Source of the DNA: a bacterium
Lineage (GTDB): Bacteria; Patescibacteriota; Minisyncoccia; Phycocordibacterales; JBBTRF01
Assembly (NCBI GenBank): GCA_037130265.1
Contig: JBAXTI010000002.1
Location: forward strand, 92,870-154,293
DNA: 61,424 bases
Direction of reading: 5' to 3'
Below, in pieces: positions 35,401 to 44,868 of this stretch (position 1 is its first letter; each line of letters opens with the position of its first letter). Under the pieces are notes generated by a model, which saw only the letters and a list, made by a program, of their open reading frames with translations, was not told the DNA's origin and made no database searches. Position numbers and translations under genes: made by a program.

Positions 35401-35446
35401 ACGAAAGATGAAGAAACATAACGCGCGCTGCGCATAATTTACCAAA

Positions 35447-36133
35447 ATGGACTTCTCAGTTTTTGAACAAATCATCGGCGTCACTTTCAAAGACAAAGCG
35501 CTTCTGCGCCAGGCTTTTGTGCACCGTTCTTTTATCAACGAGAACAAAGGGTCTCAGTCCGAGCACAATGAACGTCTCGAATTTTTGGGCGATGCCGTCC
35601 TCGAGCTCATTTCGACGGTGTATTTGTATAAAAAGTATCCGCAGAGCAATGAAGGCGAGCTCACTGCATATCGTTCCTCATTGGTGAACGCGGTCAATCT
35701 TGCCGATGTCGCCGCGAAGCTCCAGATGGAGAAGTTTTTGCTATTGTCGCATGGCGAGAGCAAGGACAAGGGTAAGGCGCGCCAGTATATTTTGGCCAAC
35801 ACGATCGAGGCACTCATTGGTGCGATCTATCTCGATCAGGGGTATCAGGTGACCGAGAAATTTTTATCGAAGAACGTTTTGTATTTGATCGACGACATTG
35901 TAGAGAATAAGGCATGGATCGATGCGAAGAGTTTGTTTCAAGAGAAGGCACAGGAGGTAGATGGCGTGACGCCGTTGTATAAAGTGATTCGCGAGGATGG
36001 TCCGGACCACGACAAGTCTTTTACCGTAGGTCTCTTTATCCGTGACAAAAAGATCGCGCAAGGCGAAGGGAAGTCCAAGCAGGAGGCTGAGCAGGAAGCG
36101 GCGAAGGAGGGAGTGAAGGTGAGGGGGTGGTAG
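35447..36133 (+). CDS. rnc: ribonuclease III
   Basis: NERLEFLGDAVLE signature and a C-terminal dsRBD (GPDHDKSFTVGLFI..GEGKSKQEAEQEAAK). Confidence 0.95.
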   Translation: MDFSVFEQIIGVTFKDKALLRQAFVHRSFINENKGSQSEHNERLEFLGDAVLELISTVYLYKKYPQSNEGELTAYRSSLVNAVNLADVAAKLQMEKFLLLSHGESKDKGKARQYILANTIEALIGAIYLDQGYQVTEKFLSKNVLYLIDDIVENKAWIDAKSLFQEKAQEVDGVTPLYKVIREDGPDHDKSFTVGLFIRDKKIAQGEGKSKQEAEQEAAKEGVKVRGW

Positions 36134-36221
36134 TGAACAAGGAGGTTGACTTGTGTGGTAAGAATCAGTAGTGTGATGAAAGAACCAGCAATCACGCTGG
36201 GAAAGTTTGAAACCTTGCCTT

Positions 36222-36815
36222 ATGAATGCTACTCCCGCAGTCCTTGGTCTAAGCGACGCGCTTGCTGAGATCGTGAGCCTCCGCGGTGGAAATCTCACTT
36301 GTCCGGCATCAATCGTCAGTATGGAAGAGCAGCGCGAGAAAAACTTCCAACACATCTGGGCCGCACTTCAGAGGCTTAATGCCGCCTTCCGAGCTGAATG
36401 CGTTCGGAATACGACGTTGCTCTCCATCATTGAACTTGCCCGCAAGAAGGTCTGTGGCAATCCATACACGAACATGTTTGGCGATGATCCACGTGAGGCA
36501 CTAATCGGTTCTGTTTCCTCCGGCGCGGGTATCGTGACGCTCTACCGGTTTGGCTACAGCAATATGGAGAATGTTCTCACCTTGGCAATCCTTCCGAACA
36601 ACGAGATCGGGTTGGTAGAGAGTCATCACGCTCCAGATCTGCGGTTTTTCTATCACAAACGGGTGGTTCCGTCAGAAAATCACCCGATGACATACAGCTG
36701 CATTCTGGGGCAATGGCTTCGTGAACTCTCCGACACCGGCAGTCCTGGGACGGAAGAATTCATCAATATTGTCCTCTATCGTCTCCAGCAAATCTTGGTT
36801 GGGGAAACGTCGTGA
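36222..36815 (+). CDS. hypothetical protein (197 aa)
   Basis: First ATG within track ORF 36207..36815. No family recognised. Confidence 0.45.
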   Translation: MNATPAVLGLSDALAEIVSLRGGNLTCPASIVSMEEQREKNFQHIWAALQRLNAAFRAECVRNTTLLSIIELARKKVCGNPYTNMFGDDPREALIGSVSSGAGIVTLYRFGYSNMENVLTLAILPNNEIGLVESHHAPDLRFFYHKRVVPSENHPMTYSCILGQWLRELSDTGSPGTEEFINIVLYRLQQILVGETS

Positions 36816-36835
36816 AACAACCCTGCCTAATTATC

Positions 36836-36877
36836 GCAGTTGCCAGAGAGGTCTCTGGGGCTGCGGTTTTTTCTTTT
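36836..36877 (+). terminator. intrinsic terminator upstream of smc
   Basis: GCAG..CCAGAGA-GG-TCTCTGG..CTGC followed by GGTTTTTTCTTTT. Confidence 0.6.
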
Positions 36878-36936
36878 CAAAAATCCGCATTTTGTTTGCC
36901 TTTTGCCTCCCAATCCAAAATGATATGATGTTGGGT

Positions 36937-39243
36937 ATGCTGAAAGGTCTGGAGATTTCGGGGTTTAAGTCGTTCGCGAAGAAGAGCGACTTGGGTTTTA
37001 ATACCCCAATCACGGCGATTGTCGGGCCGAATGGTTCGGGAAAGTCCAACGTGGCGGAAGCGTTTCGTTTTGTGTTGGGCGAACAGTCGATCAAGTCGCT
37101 GCGCGGGAAGCGCGGCGAGGACCTCATTTTTAATGGTTCCAACAAAGCGTCGAAGCTCAATCGCGGTTCGGTGAAGGTGACATTCGACAATACTCGCCGC
37201 GCGATGAATCTCGACTTCGACGAGGTGACGATTGAGCGCGTGGTTCATCGTGACTCGTCCAATGAATATTTCATCAACGGCACTTTGGTACGTCTGCGTG
37301 ATGTAATTGAACTTCTCGCCTCGGCACATGTCGGTGCCACTGGCCACCACATCATTTCTCAAGGCGAGGCGGATCGTGTGTTGAATACGAATATGTTCGA
37401 GCGTCGCGAGATGATCGAGGATGCGCTCGGTCTAAAAATATATCAATACAAGCGACAGGAATCCCTCCGCAAGCTCGAGAAAACCGACGAGAATATCAAA
37501 TCGGTGGAATCGTTGCGTCGCGAGATCGTCCCGCATCTGAAATTTTTGCGCAAGCAGGTGGAGAAGCTCGAGAAGGCTCGCGAGATGAAATTGTCGCTGG
37601 TGCAATTGTATAAGGAATATTTCAAGCGCGAGGAATTATATGTGAAGCACCAGAAAGAGTTGTTGGAAAAGGAAAAACACGCGCCGTTGGCGGAGATGAA
37701 GACGCTGGAAGCCGAATTGGCTCATGCCAAACAGACGCTTGAAGCGTCGCAAAAAGAAAGCGGGCGGAGTGGCGAATTGTTGGATGTTGAGGCGAAGCTG
37801 AAGGGCGAGCGGGCACAGCGGGATGTATTGAATCGCGAGCTGGGGCGGTTGGAGGGTGAAATCGCGGGCGTCGAACGAGCGATTCGTCGAATCGACCAGG
37901 CTTCGGCGATCGAGGAAAACAAGACGGTATATCTGCGTGACGTGCGTGCGTTGGTGCAGGGCATTGAGGCTGATATCGCACAGGCGAATGAGGGAAATTT
38001 CCGTGCGGTTTTGGCAAAGATTCGTGAAGTGTTTAGCGGCTTCATTTCAAGCAACCGTGGAGATGTCGGCGAGTCGCAAAAGGATGAGATGCAAAAAGAA
38101 TTGGTGCGCTTGCGTGCGGAAAAGCTCGATGTGGAAAAGCTAGCCGTAGCGGTGCGCGATGCCGAGGCTGAATTGACCAACGAATATCTCCGCCTCAAGA
38201 ACGAGATCGAAAAAGAAAAGGAAGGTGGTCTCGAAGCCGAGAAGACTATTCTCAAAATCATGGCTCGACAGAATGAGCTCAATGGCAAGCTCTCGAGCCT
38301 GCGTGCGGTGGAAGAGCGGGTTGCGATTGAAGTGGAAGATTTGAAGCGGGAAATGGGTGAGGCGGGTATGTTGGTGGGTCGCGAGGCGTTCGACTATGCG
38401 GCATTGCTCTCGACGGCTGAAGAGATTGTGGCTGTCACTGGCGAGGTCCGCACGATGCAAATGGAGCGCCGCAGGGCCATCGAAAAGATCAAGATCCGCC
38501 TGGAGGAATCCGGCGGCGCAGGCGGCGACGAAGTGATGAAAGAATTTCGCGAGTCCGAAGAGCGCGATGCTTTTTTGGCCCGTGAAATCGAGGACTTACA
38601 CAAGTCGGCCGAATCGCTCACGACTCTCATTAAGGAGCTTGAAGAAAAACTCAACAGTGAATTCCGCACTGGTGTCGACAAGATCAATACGCAATTCCAG
38701 AATTTCTTCTCGCTTATGTTTGGTGGTGGTACCGCCTCGCTCGCTCTCGTGAAAGAAGAAAAGAAAAAGCGCCGATCTGCGCTTAGCTTGCTCACTGGCG
38801 ATGATGGTGGCGACGAAGTGTCCGACGGAGGACTTTCTTCTGGAAACTCGAGCGACCTAGGCGAAGACGGCGAGCCCGAGAAAACCAAGGAAGGAATCGA
38901 AATTCAAGTGAGCTTGCCACACAAAAAGACCAAGGGCTTGATGATGCTGTCCGGCGGGGAACGAGCGCTCACTTCGATCGCGCTCCTCTTCGCGATGTCT
39001 CAGGTGAACCCTCCGCCATTTATCATCCTCGACGAGACCGACGCCGCCCTCGACGAAGCGAACTCTCGCAAGTATGGCGATATGATTGAAAATCTTTCTA
39101 AATATTCTCAGCTCATCCTCATCACCCACAACCGCGAGACCATGTCCCGCGCTGGCGTCGTGTACGGCGTCACCATGGGCAGCGACGGTATTTCCAAGCT
39201 CCTCTCAATTGCTTTTGAAGAGGCGGTGAAGGTGGCGAAATAG
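36937..39243 (+). CDS. smc: SMC-family chromosome partition ATPase, short (768 aa) with no recognisable hinge
   Basis: Trimmed to MLKGLEISGFKSF... Walker A GPNGSGKSN, a long coiled coil, signature LSGGERALTSIALLFA and Walker B FIILDETDAALD. TGaTATGAT lies 7 nt upstream. Confidence 0.85.
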   Translation: MLKGLEISGFKSFAKKSDLGFNTPITAIVGPNGSGKSNVAEAFRFVLGEQSIKSLRGKRGEDLIFNGSNKASKLNRGSVKVTFDNTRRAMNLDFDEVTIERVVHRDSSNEYFINGTLVRLRDVIELLASAHVGATGHHIISQGEADRVLNTNMFERREMIEDALGLKIYQYKRQESLRKLEKTDENIKSVESLRREIVPHLKFLRKQVEKLEKAREMKLSLVQLYKEYFKREELYVKHQKELLEKEKHAPLAEMKTLEAELAHAKQTLEASQKESGRSGELLDVEAKLKGERAQRDVLNRELGRLEGEIAGVERAIRRIDQASAIEENKTVYLRDVRALVQGIEADIAQANEGNFRAVLAKIREVFSGFISSNRGDVGESQKDEMQKELVRLRAEKLDVEKLAVAVRDAEAELTNEYLRLKNEIEKEKEGGLEAEKTILKIMARQNELNGKLSSLRAVEERVAIEVEDLKREMGEAGMLVGREAFDYAALLSTAEEIVAVTGEVRTMQMERRRAIEKIKIRLEESGGAGGDEVMKEFRESEERDAFLAREIEDLHKSAESLTTLIKELEEKLNSEFRTGVDKINTQFQNFFSLMFGGGTASLALVKEEKKKRRSALSLLTGDDGGDEVSDGGLSSGNSSDLGEDGEPEKTKEGIEIQVSLPHKKTKGLMMLSGGERALTSIALLFAMSQVNPPPFIILDETDAALDEANSRKYGDMIENLSKYSQLILITHNRETMSRAGVVYGVTMGSDGISKLLSIAFEEAVKVAK

Positions 39244-39315
39244 TTGATCAAAAATTCATAATTTCTCTACTCTTTCTTAGCAGTTTCTTGAACACTGTTT
39301 TGGTATGCTTTCTTT

Positions 39316-39783
39316 GTGCATACTGACGAAGAAAAATTTGAACTACTCAAGGAACGAGTTAGGTCTGAATACCAAAAAGCTGGTAGGGTATTTTGTCCCT
39401 ATCTGCAGGATGTTGTGGCGTTTAACCACCTCGGTTTTAATCACTTTTTTCTAAAAGGGAATGGGAAAACTCGGACTAGGCAGGATTCCGCTCGAAGACT
39501 CTCCCTGTTTCGGTTTGTAAAAAGAGTACTTAGTAATTCTTACACTGTTCAGGATATTAGAACACAGAACCGATTCGAAAGGGTTAAAATGGATTCAAAA
39601 TGGGAGACTGTTCTTTGTGAGGTCCGTTATTTCGAATTTGTCTCTGTTATCGATGGCTTTAGGGTCAAAATAATCCTAAAGCAGACTGATAATGTTCCAG
39701 TGTTCTTCCTCAGTGTCATCCCATTTTGGAAAGAACAGTCCAAAAGTGATGATGAGGTGATGGATTTTGATGGAACAAAGTAA
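39316..39783 (+). CDS. hypothetical protein (155 aa), GTG start
   Basis: ORF preceded by TTGAAC..TGgTATGCT. No family recognised. Confidence 0.45.
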   Translation: MHTDEEKFELLKERVRSEYQKAGRVFCPYLQDVVAFNHLGFNHFFLKGNGKTRTRQDSARRLSLFRFVKRVLSNSYTVQDIRTQNRFERVKMDSKWETVLCEVRYFEFVSVIDGFRVKIILKQTDNVPVFFLSVIPFWKEQSKSDDEVMDFDGTK

Positions 39784-39807
39784 AAACACCGCGAGCGCGG
39801 TGTTTTT
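39782..39807. terminator. bidirectional intrinsic terminator
   Basis: AAAAACACCGC-GAGC-GCGGTGTTTTT. Confidence 0.75.
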
Positions 39808-39870
39808 ACGAAAACTTGGCTACAGCTTAATTGGCCGTACAGGGCATGCCCTCCAAGTCCACTAATTCTA

Positions 39871-41901
39871 TTATTTCACCAACACGTAGTCAAGCGCCTT
39901 TCTCTCCATATCTGCGGCAACAATTTTGAACTTCACCACATCTCCCAAGGTGTACATCTTCTTGGTCTTGTCGCCAACGAGTCGGTAGTTTTTCTTGTCC
40001 AAAGAGTAGAAGTCGTCGCCGAGGTCGCGGATTTTCGCCATGCCTTCGCACTTGGTTGTATTTTCCTCGATATAGATACCCCATTCAGTCACTCCAGTGA
40101 TGGTACCGTCAAAGGTCTGGCCCACCTTGTCCTGCATGTATTCCACCTGCTTGTATTTGATCGAAGAACGCTCCGCCTCGGCAGCGATCACTTCACGCTC
40201 GCTGGACTTTGCTGCCGCTCGTTCGTAGGTGACGATCTCGTGTTCCGGGATCATGTGTCCGTCTAAATAGTGTTGAAGCACACGATGCACCAACACGTCG
40301 GGATATCGGCGGATCGGGGAAGTGAAGTGCGCGTAGTGTTTGAACGCCAAGCCGAAGTGGCCGATGTTTTGGGTCGAATAGATCGCCTTGGCCATTGAGC
40401 GAATGGTCGCCGTGCGGATCAGCGATTCGTGCGGCGTGCCTGTGACCGAATTGAGCATTCGCTTAATCGACTTTGAGGTAATTTTGCCATCGTGTGACTC
40501 CAGCTCGTAGCCGAGTGCCTTGATGAATGTTGCGAGATCGGCGAGCTTCTCTGGATCCGGGAGATCGTGGATTCGATATAAAAGGGTAGGGCGCTTTGTT
40601 TCTTTTTTGCTGTCGATGGTGTGTACAAAAAGGGCTACTTCACGATTGGCGAGCAACATGAATTCCTCCACGAGCTTGTGCGCATCAAAACGCTTTTTCA
40701 GAATGACTCGGAGCGGCTTGCCGGTGCCAGGCTCGAGCTCAAATTTCACTTCGTCTTTTTCAAAATCAATTGAGCCGTCAACAAAACGCTGCGCGTTGAG
40801 CTTCTTCGCGATACCGTTCAATGTCATGAGTTCTTTGGCGTACTTGCTGCCAAGGTCCTTACCGTCCTTGTCATTTCCCGTCTCGCCCATAAGCACGGCT
40901 TGCGCCGTTTCGTAGGTGAAACGCTGGTCTGAATTGATCACCGTGCGGCCGAACCATCGTCCCTTCACTTCTCCTGCGGCATTCATCACAAACACCGAAG
41001 AAAACGCAGCCTTGTCTTCGTGCGCATTCAAACTACAGAGGTCGTTCGACAACACTTCGGGAAGCATTGGGATGGTGCGATCCACCATATACACGGAGCA
41101 AGCGCGCTTGGTCGCCTCTTTGTCGAGCGCACTGCCGGGGCGGACATAGTGAGAGACGTCGGCGATGTGCACGCCGACCTCAAAGAGCTCTTCGCCGTTT
41201 TGCCCAACAACTTTCTTGAAAGAGATGGCATCGTCAAAGTCTTTTGCATCATGCGGGTCGATAGTGAAGGTGAGGGTGTCACGCATGTCACGACGCTTGG
41301 AGATCTCGGCTGGAGGAATTGGTTTCTGGGTGCGCTCAATCTCGTCCGCTTCCGCCTCAACCTCTTTCGGGAACACAGTGTCGAAGCCTTTTTCCAGTAC
41401 GATTGAATACATCTCGGCGTCGTTGTTGCCTTTCTTGCCAATGACGCTGAGTGCGACCGCCTGTGGATTTTTGCCTTCTATCCACTCGGTCATTTCGACC
41501 ATCACTTTCATGTCGGCAGCGAGGTCTTTCAGGGCGACGTTCTTCGTATCGGATTTTCCTTCGACGATCTCAAAATCGCGATACATGCGTCGGTCGTCAG
41601 GGATCAAAAAATACTTGCCCTTTTCAATCTCCACCACGCCAACAAAACGAGTCTTGGCTCGTTGAATAATCTTGGTCACTTCGCCTTGTGGGCGAGGGGA
41701 TCGAGGGTCTTTTGCGGCAGGTTTCACTTCCACTTCGTCACCATGCATGGCGGTGTGGAGGCGGTCTGGCTGGATCTCGATATCGTCGGCGTCCTCAGGT
41801 GCATTCTCGATAGAGAGGTACCCGACGCCTTTTGAGCTGACAGAGACAGTGCCACGATAGAGGTCTGAGACGCTCTCGGCAGGAATTGATGAAGATTTCA
41901 T
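39871..41901 (-). CDS. rnr: ribonuclease R
   Basis: Trimmed to the ATG at 41901 (MKSSSIPAES..). RNB catalytic region (FTIDPHDAKDFDDA and HFGLAFKHYAHFTSPIRRYPD) and a C-terminal S1 domain. Confidence 0.9.
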   Translation of the reverse strand: MKSSSIPAESVSDLYRGTVSVSSKGVGYLSIENAPEDADDIEIQPDRLHTAMHGDEVEVKPAAKDPRSPRPQGEVTKIIQRAKTRFVGVVEIEKGKYFLIPDDRRMYRDFEIVEGKSDTKNVALKDLAADMKVMVEMTEWIEGKNPQAVALSVIGKKGNNDAEMYSIVLEKGFDTVFPKEVEAEADEIERTQKPIPPAEISKRRDMRDTLTFTIDPHDAKDFDDAISFKKVVGQNGEELFEVGVHIADVSHYVRPGSALDKEATKRACSVYMVDRTIPMLPEVLSNDLCSLNAHEDKAAFSSVFVMNAAGEVKGRWFGRTVINSDQRFTYETAQAVLMGETGNDKDGKDLGSKYAKELMTLNGIAKKLNAQRFVDGSIDFEKDEVKFELEPGTGKPLRVILKKRFDAHKLVEEFMLLANREVALFVHTIDSKKETKRPTLLYRIHDLPDPEKLADLATFIKALGYELESHDGKITSKSIKRMLNSVTGTPHESLIRTATIRSMAKAIYSTQNIGHFGLAFKHYAHFTSPIRRYPDVLVHRVLQHYLDGHMIPEHEIVTYERAAAKSSEREVIAAEAERSSIKYKQVEYMQDKVGQTFDGTITGVTEWGIYIEENTTKCEGMAKIRDLGDDFYSLDKKNYRLVGDKTKKMYTLGDVVKFKIVAADMERKALDYVLVK

Positions 41902-42042
41902 AGATGAATGTCCAATGAATATAGCAGAAAAATCGCGTCTTGGCCATGGCTTTACTTTCCGACCCAAAAGTGGCATTTTAAGGACAGCACAGTTCTCCAC
42001 AATCACGTTTTGGAGACCAATCCTCAACCCATATGAAAGTCT

Positions 42043-43617
42043 ATGTTACTCACAGCTGAAAGTTTAGTGTATGCTGACCGTCCAATGTCGGTGGGGGACA
42101 TTATCTCTCTGCCGGCTCAACGCGGAGCGTTTCCGCGTAGTCTCGAACGGCTCCCGGAGGTTTGTTCCGCAAGTTGGTTTGCCGAGATTGCCGCGCAGCA
42201 AGTTATCAACGGTGATCGTTCGCCTGCGATCCTCATGGAGGCACTTCAGGGCCACTATGGTCACATGTTTCAACAATGGAAGCGTGAACCTGGCTGGATC
42301 AAGAATCGACGCGTGCCAAGCACGGTGATCCATGAAATTCGTCGGCAACACGCATTGGGCGGTTCGTCGCCCGAGCTCGTGATCCCGCATTCCGGACATG
42401 GCGGGGTGCATTTCTGCATTCCTAGCGTTGGGCTTGTTGCTGATGCCGAACGCGTTTGTCGCTTCGATCGGTTGCGAGAGATCCGCCAACTATCAACGTT
42501 GCCGACTCCGGTAGCCGAGCATGTAGCTGGCGGTTCGGTAGGTGAAAAACCGGCACGCTGGCGCTTTGCGCACACTCGCGCTGAACACAGCCGTTTGGTG
42601 GCCGCTGTGATGACGCTCTTGGCTCATAACCTCGGACTGCATCCGCTCGGCCAGGCCACTGTGGCTGGTATTGGACACGACACGCTAACTGCCGCTGGTG
42701 GTGATATGACGCACAAACTGGATCGGGAGGCCTTTGATGAGGACAAGCATTTCGCGACCTTTGCGCGTTCGCCGGCTTTCGGCGAATTCGCTCGGCACTG
42801 GGGCCTGTCGGTCGAATTGATCACGGAAACCATCGCTGGTCGCGGTCTGCTTGGCGACATTCTCGACTTTGCGGACAAGCTTGCCTATGTAGGTCTCGAC
42901 GTCCATATGTATCTACAGGCAATCTCCAAGAATGGTCCACTCTGGTATCCGAAGGGATTTTTGGAGATCGAGGGTTTAGTCCGAGAACATCCGGATGTCT
43001 GCCGTGTGTGGGAAACTGCCGAAATTCGCGAAGGGCAATTGGTGGTCGGCGACTTCGAATCGCTCGTGGCCTTTCTCCAGCTCCGCATGCTGCTCTTCCG
43101 CTGGCTCTACTACAACCCTATGTGTTTGCCGTGGGAGAATGCGATTGCCGAACTTGTTCTTCGGCCGATGTATGAGTCGGGTTTTGTGACGCACGATGAG
43201 CTCTTGCAACATGATGACCGATGGCTGTCTCGGCAGATGGATGTGTTTCTCGAAAGACCTGCTCGCTCAGGTGGTGAGGGTTTCTTGGAAAGCCTCGAGC
43301 CGCATGCCGTCGGGATATCTTTCGAGACCTATCCGACCGTCGAAATCGCCAGGGCGAGGGCTCGTCAGTTCAATGACGATCTGTCGGTGAGTGTTGTGGT
43401 GGACGAAATGCCACCCATGACCAAAACCGGTGCGGATCGCTTCCGTGTGTGGGACCAGGGAAGGGTGAAGACCTTTCGCCGGGCGGCACCGAAGCACGCA
43501 TCAGCGCTTGATGCTCTATTGCACGGCGACCGCTCGGTGGTGGTTGGCATCCTAGACCTCCGGGCATTGGAGATTCCGGAACGAGTTTGGCCGAAGCTCA
43601 ACAAAGCTCACTTTTGA
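42043..43617 (+). CDS. HD-domain protein (524 aa), function unknown
   Basis: FAHTRAEHSRLVAAV...GIGHDTLTAAGGD fits an H..HD metal-binding pattern. No closer assignment possible. Confidence 0.55.
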   Translation: MLLTAESLVYADRPMSVGDIISLPAQRGAFPRSLERLPEVCSASWFAEIAAQQVINGDRSPAILMEALQGHYGHMFQQWKREPGWIKNRRVPSTVIHEIRRQHALGGSSPELVIPHSGHGGVHFCIPSVGLVADAERVCRFDRLREIRQLSTLPTPVAEHVAGGSVGEKPARWRFAHTRAEHSRLVAAVMTLLAHNLGLHPLGQATVAGIGHDTLTAAGGDMTHKLDREAFDEDKHFATFARSPAFGEFARHWGLSVELITETIAGRGLLGDILDFADKLAYVGLDVHMYLQAISKNGPLWYPKGFLEIEGLVREHPDVCRVWETAEIREGQLVVGDFESLVAFLQLRMLLFRWLYYNPMCLPWENAIAELVLRPMYESGFVTHDELLQHDDRWLSRQMDVFLERPARSGGEGFLESLEPHAVGISFETYPTVEIARARARQFNDDLSVSVVVDEMPPMTKTGADRFRVWDQGRVKTFRRAAPKHASALDALLHGDRSVVVGILDLRALEIPERVWPKLNKAHF

Positions 43618-43750
43618 GTCCGTGTGTATCAAAATTATGCGAGGCGCTGGGAAACCCCCAGCGCCTTTTTTCTTTGGCGCCGGGGCAGAGGCTCCGCCCA
43701 CCCCCGCCATATATTTGACCATTCTTTGGACTTCTGTTAGAATGGCCGAC

Positions 43751-44113
43751 ATGCTAAAAATACGTATGCAGCGCGTGGGACGAGTCAATAATCCATCATT
43801 CCGATTCGTCGTCACCGATTCTCAGAATGCTACCCGAAGTGGTAAGTTTTTGGAGGTACTTGGTTCTTTCGACTACCGAAAGGGCGGGGTAGACACCATT
43901 GATGCAGAGCGCGTAAAGCACTGGATTTCAAAGGGTGCGCAGGTTACTGACAACGTGCACAACTACCTCGTTGGCAAGAAGATTCTCACTGGCAAGAAGA
44001 AGAACGTCAACCCAGTCAAAGTTGTGAAGAAGGAAGAGCCAAAGGCTGAGGCAAAGGCCGCTCCAGCAGCTGCCCCTGCAGCAGCTCCCGCAGCAGAAGC
44101 TCCAAAGGCGTAA
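43751..44113 (+). CDS. rpsP: 30S ribosomal protein S16 with Ala/Pro/Lys-rich tail
   Basis: Trimmed to MLKIRMQRVGRVNNPSFRFVV... TGtTAGAAT lies 7 nt upstream. Confidence 0.9.
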   Translation: MLKIRMQRVGRVNNPSFRFVVTDSQNATRSGKFLEVLGSFDYRKGGVDTIDAERVKHWISKGAQVTDNVHNYLVGKKILTGKKKNVNPVKVVKKEEPKAEAKAAPAAAPAAAPAAEAPKA

Positions 44114-44200
44114 TAGAGCCATTTTCTCGTACACAGGTGCGTTTGACGCATCTTTTTGTGCATACTACAATAGAAGTCGTTACCACTAATTTTCCGAACT

Positions 44201-44515
44201 ATGCAAGTAGAACATGATGCGCAGTTTCTCGAGTATTCCATCAAGGCGCTGGTAGACAATCCGAACGATGTAAAAATAGTGCGAACTGTCGACGAAATGG
44301 GCGTTCTTTTGACTCTCACTGTAAACCCGGCAGACATGGGTAAGATTATCGGCCGAATGGGTAATACCGCGAAGGCGATTCGAACATTGCTCCGCGTGGT
44401 CGGCATGAAGAACAATGCTCGTGTGAATTTGAAGATCAACGAACCAGAAGGTGGCATGCGCTCAGAGCGACCATCGAAGACTGTCGATGAGGCGATGGCG
44501 GATTTGAAGATCTAA
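44201..44515 (+). CDS. KH-domain RNA-binding protein (UPF0109/YlqC-like)
   Basis: GKIIGRMGNTAKAIRTLL is a GxxG KH motif. Sits in the usual position after rpsP. Confidence 0.8.
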   Translation: MQVEHDAQFLEYSIKALVDNPNDVKIVRTVDEMGVLLTLTVNPADMGKIIGRMGNTAKAIRTLLRVVGMKNNARVNLKINEPEGGMRSERPSKTVDEAMADLKI

Positions 44516-44535
44516 AGACGTCGCGAGACGAACGC

Positions 44536-44640
44536 AAAAAGAGCTTACCTCTGGAGACACGCCGTAAATCCTTGCTAGGATTTCGGCTCCGCTCGCCACC
44601 GTCGTGGCTGCGCGAGGTCTCCATCGAGCAAGCTCTTTTT
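44536..44640 (+). repeat. nested-hairpin structured repeat, copy B
   Basis: Basal arms AAAAAGAGCTT and AAGCTCTTTTT with an internal loop. The core is nearly identical to copy C. Confidence 0.85.
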
Positions 44641-44694
44641 GTTTTGTGTCGTCTGAAGTGATGTGGGGCGGAGTTTGTTGGCGAAGTTTTTAGA

Positions 44695-44751
44695 GTACCC
44701 GCGGATTTTGCATACTTTCTTCATACTTTGGTATGCAAAATCCGCGGGTAC
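44695..44751. repeat. perfect palindromic repeat, copy 3 (arms extended to 21 bp)
   Basis: GTACCCGCGGATTTTGCATAC-TTTCTTCATACTTTG-GTATGCAAAATCCGCGGGTAC. Ends 117 nt before trmD. Confidence 0.9.
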
Positions 44752-44868
44752 CGAAAACCGGTGCTGCACCCACCCAGGACCACAGAATCAGTACACTCGA
44801 AACCGTTATTTCGGCGGTATTGTTTTATTCACAAAAATGTGTTTTAATCAATTTCTCCGAAACACACG

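Noticed and set aside
36721-36936. N-terminal extensions of track ORFs: smc 36721-36936, rpsB 10186-10320, tsf 11107-11160, rpsP 43622-43750, rnr 41902-42027, the surface protein 23839-24018 and dnaG 55115-55147
   Set aside because: The extensions cross terminators or repeats, lack homology to the protein families, and are superseded by ATGs with a -10 box 6-9 nt upstream that match the canonical N-termini.
44575-44769. Minus-strand ORFs sharing DLSQPRRWR(A/E)EPKS (44575-44769 and 58340-58588)
   Set aside because: The shared peptide is the translation of the conserved core of nested-hairpin repeats B and C, not a protein family.
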